Source: Bacteroidales bacterium (GTDB taxonomy: Bacteria > Bacteroidota > Bacteroidia > Bacteroidales > UBA1715). From it: a stretch of DNA of 64,000 nt. Of the stretch, positions 9,748 to 19,397 are shown in pieces. Each line of letters starts with the position of its first letter. Position 1 is the first letter of the stretch. A program made the position numbers and the translations under genes. The stretch lies in assembly GCA_045615765.1 (NCBI GenBank), contig JAZLFM010000054.1:38265-102264 (forward strand), written 5' to 3'. Below the pieces are notes generated by a model. The model was given only the letters and a program-made list of their open reading frames with translations, was not told where the DNA came from and did not search any database.

Positions 9748-9837
9748 ATTATTTCTTCTTGTGACGATTTTTTCTTAGACGTTTTTTTCTTTTGTGTGTA
9801 GCCATTTTATGGCGTTTATGTTTTTTTCCGTTTGGCA
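9748..9837 (-). CDS. 29-aa highly basic protein, bS22-like (AURKAIP1/COX24-type) small ribosomal protein
   Basis: Not in the ORF track because it is too short. Hand translation gives MPNGKKHKRHKMATHKRKKRLRKNRHKKK*. It starts 15 nt after the HU stop on the same strand. From memory, this sequence pattern matches the conserved Bacteroidota family. Confidence 0.65.
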
Positions 9838-9852
9838 TAACTAATCCTCCAA

Positions 9853-10137
9853 TTATTTTACGTTATTTTTTACTAAATTCATAAATGTTTTTGCTGGTTT
9901 GAAATCAGGCACATTATGAGCAGGAATTTTGATTGTAGTATTTTTTGTAATGTTACGAGCAGTTTTTTCAGCACGTTTTTTAACTACAAAACTTCCAAAT
10001 CCTCTCAAATAAACATTGTTATTTTCTTTCAAAGATTTTTTAATTGCTTCCATCGAAGATTCTAAGGCTCTTTGAACAACAACTTTTTCAATGCCTGTCT
10101 TTTTCGAAACTTCGTTTACGATATCAGCCTTTGTCAT
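9853..10137 (-). CDS. hup: HU-family DNA-binding protein
   Basis: 94 aa. MTKADIVNEVSKKTGI...VYLRGFGSFVVKKRAEKTARNI...IPAHNVPDFKPAK is a canonical HU/IHF fold sequence. Confidence 0.9.
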   Translation of the reverse strand: MTKADIVNEVSKKTGIEKVVVQRALESSMEAIKKSLKENNNVYLRGFGSFVVKKRAEKTARNITKNTTIKIPAHNVPDFKPAKTFMNLVKNNVK

Positions 10138-10147
10138 TTCTGTATAT

Positions 10148-10165
10148 TTATTATTATTATTATTA
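10148..10165 (-). repeat. (TTA)6 microsatellite, (TAA/AAT)n on the coding strand, in the HU 5' leader
   Basis: tta x6 read directly, starting about 10 nt upstream of the HU start codon. Confidence 0.85.
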
Positions 10166-10184
10166 TTCCTTCTTAAAAGATGTG

Positions 10185-10192
10185 CAAATGTA
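10185..10192 (-). promoter_or_regulatory. -7 promoter box (TACATTTG) for the HU gene
   Basis: Plus-strand caaatgta about 48 nt upstream of the HU ATG. Confidence 0.5.
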
Positions 10193-10232
10193 CACTTATT
10201 ATTTAATAATCAAAAAATTACACTTGCATTTT

Positions 10233-10955
10233 TTACTTTAACAAATTATCTCCTTCGTCAACTGCTTGTTCTTTACAATATCTGTTTAAGAATCTATCAT
10301 TTCTAATGATAGCAAACTTACCTTTTATTGTATCACCAATTGTTGTATAGTGTTGTTCATCCTTATACAAAACTATCATATAAGAATATACACCAGAAGT
10401 AAGAGGTTTTGTATTATTCCATTCATAATAACCAAGAGTTGTATCCATCGCAACCTCACCGATAAACAAGTTATTTCTGTTATCGTAGTCGGTATAGACA
10501 CGCATTTTTGTTGTATCGTCAGTTGTTTTAATGAACAATCTGTTATAAGGGAACTGATTTATACCACCAATGTGGAAGTATGAGTTCTTGTCATCATTGA
10601 ATGCTGTATCAGGATTCACACGACATGGGCAAGCAGTATCGTTTCCTGCTTTCAATGAATCTTGTGCTTCTTTTACTGTACACAATTTTTGAAAATCTTT
10701 GTGTACCATATATGGATATACATACGCACCCATTACTGGACTATATGCCATAGAATCACACATTGGGTGATTACTTGGTGTCATTACCGGATATATCGTA
10801 AGAGCCTTTGTAGGTGCTGATGTATCTGGATATATAGTTGTTTTCACAAGTCCTTCGATCTTACAATCAAGACATTCTTCGTCTTTCTTACAAGAAGACA
10901 TAATCAATGCGCCAAAACCTAAAAGCACAAGAGCTGATGCGAAATACTTCTTCAT
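10233..10955 (-). CDS. Hypothetical lipoprotein
   Basis: Signal peptide plus lipobox (LIMSSCKKDE). No family recognised. Confidence 0.55.
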   Translation of the reverse strand: MKKYFASALVLLGFGALIMSSCKKDEECLDCKIEGLVKTTIYPDTSAPTKALTIYPVMTPSNHPMCDSMAYSPVMGAYVYPYMVHKDFQKLCTVKEAQDSLKAGNDTACPCRVNPDTAFNDDKNSYFHIGGINQFPYNRLFIKTTDDTTKMRVYTDYDNRNNLFIGEVAMDTTLGYYEWNNTKPLTSGVYSYMIVLYKDEQHYTTIGDTIKGKFAIIRNDRFLNRYCKEQAVDEGDNLLK

Positions 10956-11029
10956 TGTTATTAAATTTTAATTATAATAATTCTAAAATTTTGATAGTAA
11001 GCAAATATAAAATATTTTTTTAGAAAACA

Positions 11030-13141
11030 TTAATTAAAATTAATTCTATTGTCTTCTATATCTGAACCTTCTTCCAAAACTTTATAAATATTATTTGTCA
11101 TTAGCGAAGAAACACGTTGTTTTTGTACTGCTTGTTCTTTTTCAGCAGTTGTTACATCTGCAGTTTCTTTTGCTGTAACTTGCGCTACATATACTCCTCT
11201 TTCACCAGCTATTGGTTGAGAAACAGTTCCTTTTTCCATTGCTGAAAGTGCAGCAAACACAACTGGTTCAAAACCTATACCAGGACCACTAATTGAAGCA
11301 AATGAAAGATTTGCTGATTCTTGAACTGTTACTGATTTTGCTTGTGCAACAGAAGCAAGTGAAGAACAATCTACATTCTTTAAATCTGCAAGAATTGCTT
11401 TTTTCTTTTGTTCTTTAATGTACTCTGCTTTTACTATATCTTTTACTTTATCTAAAGATTGAGTACCTTTTTCTTCTATAGAATTTATCACAGCAACAAC
11501 AAATCTGTCACCACAACGGAAAATTTCAGAAACTTCACCAACTTTCTTTTTATTTTGATGGCTCCAACGAATTACTTGTCTTGAGTCATCAATACCTGGC
11601 AACACTCTTTGATTTTCTTCTGTAGTTGCAGATCTCATAACTAATGCTTGATCTGCTTCAACAGCTGCATCAAATTGTTCTTTTGTTCTGTTTTCAGAAA
11701 CAAACTTAACAGCATTTTGATAAACTTTCGAACGAGTTTGTTGTGAATATGTAACTGTTTTTGACAACACTTGTACTTGTACACGTTTTGATTTTGGACC
11801 TTGAGCCAAAATTTTTACTAAGTGAACGCCATAGTTTGAAGGAACAATGTATAAACCATTCACATTACCGAAGAAACTTGAATCTTGGAAAGAACGAACC
11901 ATTTCTCCTTCGTGGAACCAGTCAATCAAACCACCATTTACAGCAGAAGCTGAATCTACTGAATATTTCTTTGCTAATTCTGCGAAATCACCACCTTTTT
12001 CAACAACTTTCTTTAAGCTATCGATTACATCATAAGCATTTTCTGTATTTACAAGAATATGTTGAACTTTTGCTGAATCTGCGACTAAACGTATGTCAGA
12101 GATTTTAGCGATATTATAACTATTGTTTTCGAAATATACTGGAGTAACATCACCTATTGAACCGCCAAACGCAAATGAATCTACAGATGCTGCCAAAGTT
12201 CCTTTTTTATAATAATTTGCATCAAAAGCTACATCAGAATTCAAGTTCAAGAATAGTCTATCGTTTTTAGTTGTTTTAAAGTCTTCTGCTTTAGCAACAA
12301 CAGCATCTTCTACAGACTTAATGTCTTCTGCTGTTGGAACGATATCAAATGTTACATATTCAATTGAAACACCATCTTCTTGTTTGAATCGTTTTTCATT
12401 CTTTATTGTTTTATAGAAAGAAGCTAAGTCAGCATCTTTCACATCAATTGTTGAATCTTCGATTGATTCATAAGGAACTTTTACATATTCAATTGTAAAT
12501 TGTTCATTTTTTGTTTTTGCTAAATCTTCAGCTTCTAACTTTGTTACATATATACCATTAGAAACTAAACTTACATATTTTCTACGTAAAGTATTTTCGT
12601 GTAATGTTTTTTCGAATTGAATCCAATTTTCATAAAATTCAGGATTGTTTTCTTTTGCAGCCGACAAGTTACTTAATACATTCACAAGAACTTCTTTGTC
12701 AAACTGACCTGTTTGTGGGTTTCTGAAATAATATTGAAGTTCAGGATCAATATTATCACCAACTGTAATGTCTTGTATTTCTTCATCAGAAACACCTTGC
12801 ATATTTAAATATGACTTGTATTCACTAATTCCAAGATTCGAATATGCTTTTTCGAACAACTTTCCTGTTAAAAATTGTCTCCACGCTGCAGTATGCAATT
12901 GTTCTCTTTGAGAGTATGACAATTCTTGACCATTACTTTTTTGTTGGTTTTCTAACAATTCATAAATATTGTAATACTCATCGTATGTATATTCGTCGCC
13001 ATTTACCTTAGCAATAACATTGCTTTGTTTTGAAGAGAAAAGCGAAGTATCAAGACCTGTAACGATGAAGGCTAGAAGAGCCAAACCAATTACTAAAGTT
13101 AAGATCCACGAATTTTTACGTAAAGATTGAATAGCTGCCAT
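11030..13141 (-). CDS. ppiD: Periplasmic chaperone / peptidyl-prolyl isomerase, PpiD-like
   Basis: 703 aa. N-terminal membrane anchor (SWILTLVIGLALLAFIV) and a parvulin domain (AKVQHILV...GGDFAELAKKYS...NGGLIDWF...GVHLVKI). Confidence 0.75.
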   Translation of the reverse strand: MAAIQSLRKNSWILTLVIGLALLAFIVTGLDTSLFSSKQSNVIAKVNGDEYTYDEYYNIYELLENQQKSNGQELSYSQREQLHTAAWRQFLTGKLFEKAYSNLGISEYKSYLNMQGVSDEEIQDITVGDNIDPELQYYFRNPQTGQFDKEVLVNVLSNLSAAKENNPEFYENWIQFEKTLHENTLRRKYVSLVSNGIYVTKLEAEDLAKTKNEQFTIEYVKVPYESIEDSTIDVKDADLASFYKTIKNEKRFKQEDGVSIEYVTFDIVPTAEDIKSVEDAVVAKAEDFKTTKNDRLFLNLNSDVAFDANYYKKGTLAASVDSFAFGGSIGDVTPVYFENNSYNIAKISDIRLVADSAKVQHILVNTENAYDVIDSLKKVVEKGGDFAELAKKYSVDSASAVNGGLIDWFHEGEMVRSFQDSSFFGNVNGLYIVPSNYGVHLVKILAQGPKSKRVQVQVLSKTVTYSQQTRSKVYQNAVKFVSENRTKEQFDAAVEADQALVMRSATTEENQRVLPGIDDSRQVIRWSHQNKKKVGEVSEIFRCGDRFVVAVINSIEEKGTQSLDKVKDIVKAEYIKEQKKKAILADLKNVDCSSLASVAQAKSVTVQESANLSFASISGPGIGFEPVVFAALSAMEKGTVSQPIAGERGVYVAQVTAKETADVTTAEKEQAVQKQRVSSLMTNNIYKVLEEGSDIEDNRINFN

Positions 13142-13185
13142 AATTATATCTATTTCTTTTTGTTTAGTTCATATTTTCAAGTTGG

Positions 13186-13193
13186 CAAAGATA
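13186..13193 (-). promoter_or_regulatory. -7 promoter box (TATCTTTG) for the ppiD-like gene
   Basis: Plus-strand caaagata about 45 nt upstream of the start. Confidence 0.5.
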
Positions 13194-13239
13194 ATAAAAT
13201 TGCCAAACAAGCAAACCAATACGGACAATATTTTTATTT

Positions 13240-13446
13240 CTAGTCTTTTTGTTCTTTTTTTCGTTTATATCTGCGAAAACCATACATTGTAAAAGCTAGT
13301 ACAGAAAGAACAACAAATTTTACAAATTCTTGATTCACGCCATGGTAATACACATCTGTCAGTGCTGTCAGTAAAGATGCTACAGCTATTGTAAGCCATG
13401 CATATTCCATTATCACTAAATATATATCGTATTTTGCTTTTCCCAT
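13240..13446 (-). CDS. Small two-TM membrane protein
   Basis: 68 aa with two hydrophobic helices and a basic tail. Its start overlaps the stop of the upstream gene. Confidence 0.45.
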   Translation of the reverse strand: MGKAKYDIYLVIMEYAWLTIAVASLLTALTDVYYHGVNQEFVKFVVLSVLAFTMYGFRRYKRKKEQKD

Positions 13447-14042
13447 TACTCTTCTTCTTCAGGAATATTCTCGTTTTCAAAAGAAATAACTCCAGTAACT
13501 TTTTGCACTTGCCAGTCCGTAAACTGATCATCAGAAATAAATCCCTCTCCTATTATTATATCATCGGGAGATGTTACCTGTACTTTTTTATCAGATGAAA
13601 TTGTTCCTTTTTTTTGATTCCAAACAAGAAATTCTGTCTGTAAGCATTCTTGTTTTTGTATATTTTTTGCGACGACATTTCCACGAGCTTCCCAAACCTT
13701 ATCCGCTTCATAATTTATCGCATAATTCGTGGAAATCATCGACAGTGTGTCCGGATATGACGAGTATTGCACCACAACGACTCCTTCAGGAAATTCCATA
13801 ACATCCTGTTCATCTCCGTCTACTTTGCGTTTCAAAATTTTAGGAGTTGTAATACTCAAAACTATCTTTCCATACTCTTTTTGAACAAAACAAATGGAAT
13901 CACCGGAAAGTAACGGTAGTTTTTCCAACTCCGATACTTCGATGACATTTTTCATGTCATTATTACACGAAAAAAACAGTATGACGGCTACAAACGCCAT
14001 CATACTGTTTATAACGATTCTGTTTTTCCCTACAGATTTCAC
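13446..14042 (-). CDS. lptC: LptC-like LPS export periplasmic protein
   Basis: 198 aa with an N-terminal anchor/lipobox and an OstA/LptC-like pattern (WEARGNVVAKN...LQTEFLVWNQKKGTISSDKKVQVTSPDDIIIGEGF). Sits in the conserved context between coaX and ppiD. Confidence 0.6.
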   Translation of the reverse strand: MKSVGKNRIVINSMMAFVAVILFFSCNNDMKNVIEVSELEKLPLLSGDSICFVQKEYGKIVLSITTPKILKRKVDGDEQDVMEFPEGVVVVQYSSYPDTLSMISTNYAINYEADKVWEARGNVVAKNIQKQECLQTEFLVWNQKKGTISSDKKVQVTSPDDIIIGEGFISDDQFTDWQVQKVTGVISFENENIPEEEE

Positions 14043-15349
14043 TATTTCACTTTTGCTGTAGTTGTTGCATTAATCCAACAACCTACTGTTTGTGAAGAAC
14101 CTTCTGTCACATTATATCCAAATAGAGTTTCTGTATCTGGGAAATGTGACTTGTAACTTGCAGCATAACTATTGGCTGTTCCTGCAACTGAAGAATCTAC
14201 AGATTTTGCTTTTTGACACATGTCATAAGCCAACCAATATACTTTCCATTTTTCTAGATCTGGAAATTCTGCTCCAGCAGAACAACTTGAAGCACTTTCT
14301 GCATATTTACTAGCAATAACTAAATAAGCTGCACCATAATTTGGATTAAATCCTAAAGCTTGTTTTGCATAACTAACAGCAGTTGCACCTGAAGTTAAAC
14401 GTGCCATATTGTAGTAAATAATTGCTTTCTTCGTATCATCTTGTTCCAAACCTGCTGCTTCTTTATAATAAGACATAGCCAAAGAGGTTTGTTTTTTCTC
14501 AGCATACATATCACCCAACTTACGTTTTGATTGTGCAGATGGTTGTAACTTATCAAGTTCAACAGCTGCTTTCACATATAAGTCAGAAGAAGCACAGTCT
14601 TTTGCTAGATTATCTGTAATCTTCACCAACAAAGCAGTATCTTGTGGATTTGCGTTGAATTGAGGTTCAAACAAGGCAACTAAATCACTACAATCTGGTT
14701 TAATTTCAATGAATAAATTATCAACTTCTGTACTGAATTTTGCAGTTGTTTCCGCAGCCTTACCTCCTTTGGCAATATTAGCATCCATTATGCCTCGTAT
14801 TGTTTGATACAAAGAAATAACTTCGCCTTTTTCCATAGTTCCTTTTTGGAATTTTAAGACTGCAGTTTTCAAGCAAGCATACATAACACGAGGTTCTGCA
14901 TTTTTACCCATTGCATCAACGGATTTTCTACAATACTCATATGCTTGTTCATATTGTAATGGATTTAAGAAATACAATTCTGCACCTTTCTTTCCAATAT
15001 AATTAGATTCTTCACCAAGATATTCAATACGACGATCGTAAATCATCATCAACGTATCCAAATATTGTTGTTTTTTAACCTGATCTTTTTCATTGTTATA
15101 CAAATAACGCATCATATTTGTACCATGAGGTACATACATATTTTTTGACGCTGTTGGACAAGCGAAGAACAAACTTCTCCAATTATTGATTGTAACGTCA
15201 GTAAATTTATTTGCTGCGTTTTCATTTTTATAACGTTGTTGATAAATTGCCTGATATTTTATGCAAGCAGAATCAACTTCTTGTGCAAAAACAGACACTG
15301 CAGAACATGCAAGTGCAGCTGTTGTGAAAATTTTGAATATGCGTTTCAT
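14042..15349 (-). CDS. Secreted TPR-like repeat protein
   Basis: 435 aa with a signal peptide and helical repeat character (AMSYYKEAAGLEQDD..., AIIYYNMARL). Confidence 0.55.
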   Translation of the reverse strand: MKRIFKIFTTAALACSAVSVFAQEVDSACIKYQAIYQQRYKNENAANKFTDVTINNWRSLFFACPTASKNMYVPHGTNMMRYLYNNEKDQVKKQQYLDTLMMIYDRRIEYLGEESNYIGKKGAELYFLNPLQYEQAYEYCRKSVDAMGKNAEPRVMYACLKTAVLKFQKGTMEKGEVISLYQTIRGIMDANIAKGGKAAETTAKFSTEVDNLFIEIKPDCSDLVALFEPQFNANPQDTALLVKITDNLAKDCASSDLYVKAAVELDKLQPSAQSKRKLGDMYAEKKQTSLAMSYYKEAAGLEQDDTKKAIIYYNMARLTSGATAVSYAKQALGFNPNYGAAYLVIASKYAESASSCSAGAEFPDLEKWKVYWLAYDMCQKAKSVDSSVAGTANSYAASYKSHFPDTETLFGYNVTEGSSQTVGCWINATTTAKVK

Positions 15350-15352
15350 AGC

Positions 15353-16645
15353 TTAATTAATTTTTCGTTTTATAAACCATACTTCTTGCAAAGAAACATT
15401 AAACTTTGCTAACATATATGTCTCATGCAAAGAGTTTGCCAAATTTTTATTTCCTCGAGTACCAAAATCAAAAGCAAGCGCTAAAGAATTCTGCGTATGT
15501 TTTGATTTTATTCTTGTTCCTAACGACAATCCTATTTCTCTTGCTTGAGCAAAATCACCATTAGATTCAAACATGATAGGCAAATCAGCATAATGTAATC
15601 CCATACGAATAGGAATACGATTAATTAATTTTGAAGAACGATAATTCGGTATCCACTCTCCACCTATTCTAACAAATTTGGTTTGTTCTAAATTATTATC
15701 TGATGTACCATATATAGAAACATCCTTATAGTTTTGAATACCAAAATCAATTCCTACTAAGCATTTATTTTCATACGCATAACTAATACCGGCTCCAAAT
15801 TCCATTGGGATATCGGTATCAGACTCTATCGTACGCATAACTGCAGTATCTTTCTGGAATTCAGTATAGGTACTCACAAAATATGAAGTCAAGCTCTCTA
15901 TTTGCTTATATCCTACAGATTGACCAGAGCGGTATGTTGCACCTAATGTCAAAGATTGTTCTTCCTTCAAATTTATTTTATACTGCATTCCAAGATTCCA
16001 AACAAGTCCATGCGTTTTCAATTCTTGTTCTTTTCGAGTTGAAAATGCCGCAGCATCAGGAAATTCATTTTCTGCTGTATAATAAGTTGTTCCAAATAAA
16101 TACGCCACATTTGCTCCCAACGACAAACCTTTAAATACACGAACACCCGTACTAAATGCAAACTGATTGGCGCCACCATCACCGGTATAAGTATATTTAG
16201 CCTTCTCATCAGAATAGTTCATTGTATAACCAATGCTATTAAACGGAAGACATCCAAGTGCAGCCCCCCATCGACCGGCGATTATAGGGAACGCCATAGA
16301 AAAAGACTCAAAACCTACACTTGTAAGTGTAGCAGAATTACTACCATCTTTCGCATGACGAACATTCACTCCGCCATTCACATTAAATAAAAATGTTTCT
16401 TTTTGTATTGTGGCTTGACTAGCAGCATTAGCGAAATTTATTTGCGTAGGCGTACTTACACCAACGCTTATGCCCCCCATCGCTTGATTATATACTGTAG
16501 TATTCTGAAACAAGTCCCCATAACCATATCGCGTAAACGGAGACGATGTTTGTCGTTGTGCCATAATTTGTAATCCGCACAACAGCAACACAATACACAG
16601 AATATATCGTTTATTTCTCTTTAGAAACATATTGTAATATTGCAT
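15353..16645 (-). CDS. Outer-membrane beta-barrel protein of unknown function
   Basis: 430 aa with a signal peptide (LLLCGLQIMAQ), alternating beta-strand pattern and aromatic residues near the C-terminus. The start is ambiguous (16645 or 16630). Confidence 0.55.
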   Translation of the reverse strand: MQYYNMFLKRNKRYILCIVLLLCGLQIMAQRQTSSPFTRYGYGDLFQNTTVYNQAMGGISVGVSTPTQINFANAASQATIQKETFLFNVNGGVNVRHAKDGSNSATLTSVGFESFSMAFPIIAGRWGAALGCLPFNSIGYTMNYSDEKAKYTYTGDGGANQFAFSTGVRVFKGLSLGANVAYLFGTTYYTAENEFPDAAAFSTRKEQELKTHGLVWNLGMQYKINLKEEQSLTLGATYRSGQSVGYKQIESLTSYFVSTYTEFQKDTAVMRTIESDTDIPMEFGAGISYAYENKCLVGIDFGIQNYKDVSIYGTSDNNLEQTKFVRIGGEWIPNYRSSKLINRIPIRMGLHYADLPIMFESNGDFAQAREIGLSLGTRIKSKHTQNSLALAFDFGTRGNKNLANSLHETYMLAKFNVSLQEVWFIKRKIN

Positions 16646-17342
16646 TTAATCCCAATGCAACCAAATTTTGATTTGCAAAGATGAGATTTTTTATTCGTTT
16701 TTCAAAGAATTGCGCGTATCCACCTGTTAAAAAGACCGTAACATTTTGATATTTATCTACATATTCACGAATATACCCTTCTATTTCATATACCATACCA
16801 AGTGCAACGCCATTACCAATAGCCTCAGAAGTTGTTTGTCCCGTAAGTGTCACGAACTCTGGAGCCGTACACAAAGGCAACTTACCGGTATAATCATGTA
16901 ATGCACGGAAGCGAGTATCTAAACCTAAAGAAATATTTCCTCCTACATAACAAGCTGTTTCATCAACAAAATCTATCGTCATCGCAGTTCCAATATCTAT
17001 GATAAGTTTATTACAATGTGGTGCTAAAGACTCTGCACCTATAGCCGCCGCCAACCGATCTAATCCAAGCGTATGAGGGGTTTTATAAGCATTCGATATC
17101 GGACAATCCATACTATGTGAGAACTCAACAAATGGAACAGGAGAACATTTGTCTATAATTTCAGCAGATGTATATTTAGAAACATTACAGATTATACCTT
17201 TTTCCGCCTGAATAAATTCCGTTACCGAAGCGTTTTCTGAAAAAAAATCATCGTATGCGAAAGATTTTTGACATTGTACAGTCCCTGCCTCAAACGCATA
17301 TAACTTCACCGTTGAATTTCCAGCATCAACAATTAGATTCAT
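16611..17342 (-). CDS. coaX: Type III pantothenate kinase
   Basis: MNLIVDAGNSTVKLY..., IIDIGTAMTIDF and LTGGYA are CoaX hallmarks. Start re-picked at the ATG at 17340-17342; the ORF-track start at 17408 adds a non-homologous extension. Confidence 0.88.
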   Translation of the reverse strand: MNLIVDAGNSTVKLYAFEAGTVQCQKSFAYDDFFSENASVTEFIQAEKGIICNVSKYTSAEIIDKCSPVPFVEFSHSMDCPISNAYKTPHTLGLDRLAAAIGAESLAPHCNKLIIDIGTAMTIDFVDETACYVGGNISLGLDTRFRALHDYTGKLPLCTAPEFVTLTGQTTSEAIGNGVALGMVYEIEGYIREYVDKYQNVTVFLTGGYAQFFEKRIKNLIFANQNLVALGLNAILQYVSKEK

Positions 17343-17477
17343 TTTCTTTTTTTCGCAAAGATACACATAAAAAGAAAAACGAGACATCCAACAATATATT
17401 GCTCTCACAAAAAGAAATAGTCAAATAAATTTTGGTATTGTTTTTGCAACCGACATTTTTAATAAATTTGTCGGCGT

Positions 17478-18071
17478 ATGAAAAAGGTATTAATAACATG
17501 TATCATATTGATATTTGCGACATTGCAGATATCAGCACAACAACAAGTAGCAGAAAGAGGTTACTTACTTCCAGGCGTGATTGTTGACGGAGACACGCTT
17601 GCACTTGTAAAACTACCACGAGTATACGTTTTCCCTAAACTTAAATTTGTTACACAAGACGAATACACGAGATACAAGAAACTTGTACGCGATGTAAAAA
17701 AGGTTTATCCATACGTAATGATAGCGAAAAACACTTTCAACGAAGTGCAGCTTATTATGGATACTTTACCAAACAAAAAGGCTCAAAAGAAGTATATTAA
17801 AGCAAAAGAAGACGAAATGCTTGATTTATACGCAAGAGAACTTATGAAACTAACTTTCCGCCAAGGACAAATACTCATCAAATTGGTAAACAGGGAGTTA
17901 AAACAATCTCCATTTGAGATATTAAGAGAATTACGTGGTGGCGTTAAAGCTGCTATGTACCAAAGTATGGCAAAAGTTTTTGGCGAAGATTTAAAAAACA
18001 CATACGATGCTGATGGTGAGGACAAAATGATAGAACGCATCGTTTTACTGTTGGAACAAGGCACTATCTAA
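17478..18071 (+). CDS. DUF4294-like secreted protein
   Basis: 197 aa with a signal peptide. The segment EYTRYKKLVRDVKKVYPYVMIA matches my recollection of the DUF4294 family. Confidence 0.5.
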   Translation: MKKVLITCIILIFATLQISAQQQVAERGYLLPGVIVDGDTLALVKLPRVYVFPKLKFVTQDEYTRYKKLVRDVKKVYPYVMIAKNTFNEVQLIMDTLPNKKAQKKYIKAKEDEMLDLYARELMKLTFRQGQILIKLVNRELKQSPFEILRELRGGVKAAMYQSMAKVFGEDLKNTYDADGEDKMIERIVLLLEQGTI

Positions 18072-18072
18072 A

Positions 18073-19317
18073 ATGGCACATTTTCGCATTCGATACGCGA
18101 CATACAATGGAGTGTTTCAACCATGCACCATCGACAACGAAATTACAAACTTTCATTGCAATCCTTGTGAATTTCCACAAACTCAAGGTAGTTTAGAAAA
18201 ACTACTACTTCATGGTAAATGCGAAGCTAATGAAGATGCTTTCTTCTTAGACATTTGGGTTCCTGACACAGAAGGGAAAAAATCTGTTCTTTTCTGGATA
18301 CATGGAGGTGCATTCACAAACGGTTCTAGTTGCGATCCACAAAACAACGCCGAAAATCTATCAAAAAACGCTGACATCATAGTTGTAAGTCCATCCTACC
18401 GAATTGGAATTCTCGGCACTGCCTATTTCAAAGGAATTCCCCAACAAAATTGTGGATTTCATGATATAATAACAGCTTTAGAATGGACAAACAAGCACAT
18501 TGAAAAATTTAACGGGAACCCGCAAAACATTGTAATAGGTGGACAATCATCAGGAGCTTGGTACGCTATGGCTATACACACCGCTCCACGACTACAACAT
18601 TTGTTCAACAAAACAATAGTTTTCAGTTGGCCAGGAAGTATGCAAGCAATAGAGCCTACAACTGCAGAAGAAATATACCATCGCTTCATACGAGAAGCCG
18701 AGACAATCGACAAAATAAAATATACAGACTGCTCTGAAATACCTATAGAAACTCTTCTTTATACACAGAAAAAAGTTGGTAAACAAAATAAGAAGAAATA
18801 TAAATTCTTCGTTCCGTTTATTCCTACTATAGAAGAAGGATATATTTGCAGAGATTTCTCAAAAGCTTGTATGGAATCAAAGAAAAAAATTCACTTTCAA
18901 TTCACGAAAGACGAGTGCGCAGCATACACCTACAAATATCCTATAAGGAATGGCATTCCAACTTTTATATTACAATATTTTCTCAAGAAATACGATCCTT
19001 CAATCAGTCGAGAAATTATAAAGAAAAAATTACGAGAAACGAACAACACATATCAAACCGTGGTGGATATAACATCTGATGTTATATTCAAAAATCCAGC
19101 AAGGGAAATTGCACAAAAAATCAATGCTACAATAAACGAATTTTCATTCCCTACACCCAACAACAGAACACTTTGTTGCCATTGTTTCGACATAGTATTC
19201 ATATTCGGTTGTTTTGACGCTTGGCTACAAAGCAATATCTTTAAAGGTTGCGACAAAGAAGAAATGATGAAAAAATCATTAGAACTTCAAGCAGAAATAA
19301 GTAATTTCATACAATAA
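18073..19317 (+). CDS. Carboxylesterase type B family protein (short form)
   Basis: VLFWIHGGAFTNGS oxyanion-hole region and nucleophile elbow GGQSSGAW. Starts 1 nt after the upstream stop. Confidence 0.7.
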   Translation: MAHFRIRYATYNGVFQPCTIDNEITNFHCNPCEFPQTQGSLEKLLLHGKCEANEDAFFLDIWVPDTEGKKSVLFWIHGGAFTNGSSCDPQNNAENLSKNADIIVVSPSYRIGILGTAYFKGIPQQNCGFHDIITALEWTNKHIEKFNGNPQNIVIGGQSSGAWYAMAIHTAPRLQHLFNKTIVFSWPGSMQAIEPTTAEEIYHRFIREAETIDKIKYTDCSEIPIETLLYTQKKVGKQNKKKYKFFVPFIPTIEEGYICRDFSKACMESKKKIHFQFTKDECAAYTYKYPIRNGIPTFILQYFLKKYDPSISREIIKKKLRETNNTYQTVVDITSDVIFKNPAREIAQKINATINEFSFPTPNNRTLCCHCFDIVFIFGCFDAWLQSNIFKGCDKEEMMKKSLELQAEISNFIQ

Positions 19318-19397
19318 TATATAAGCATAGCCGTTTTTGTATTGAAAATCGGGAAAGATTGTTAATTTTGCCCCATAATGTCTATAAACGACAAATA

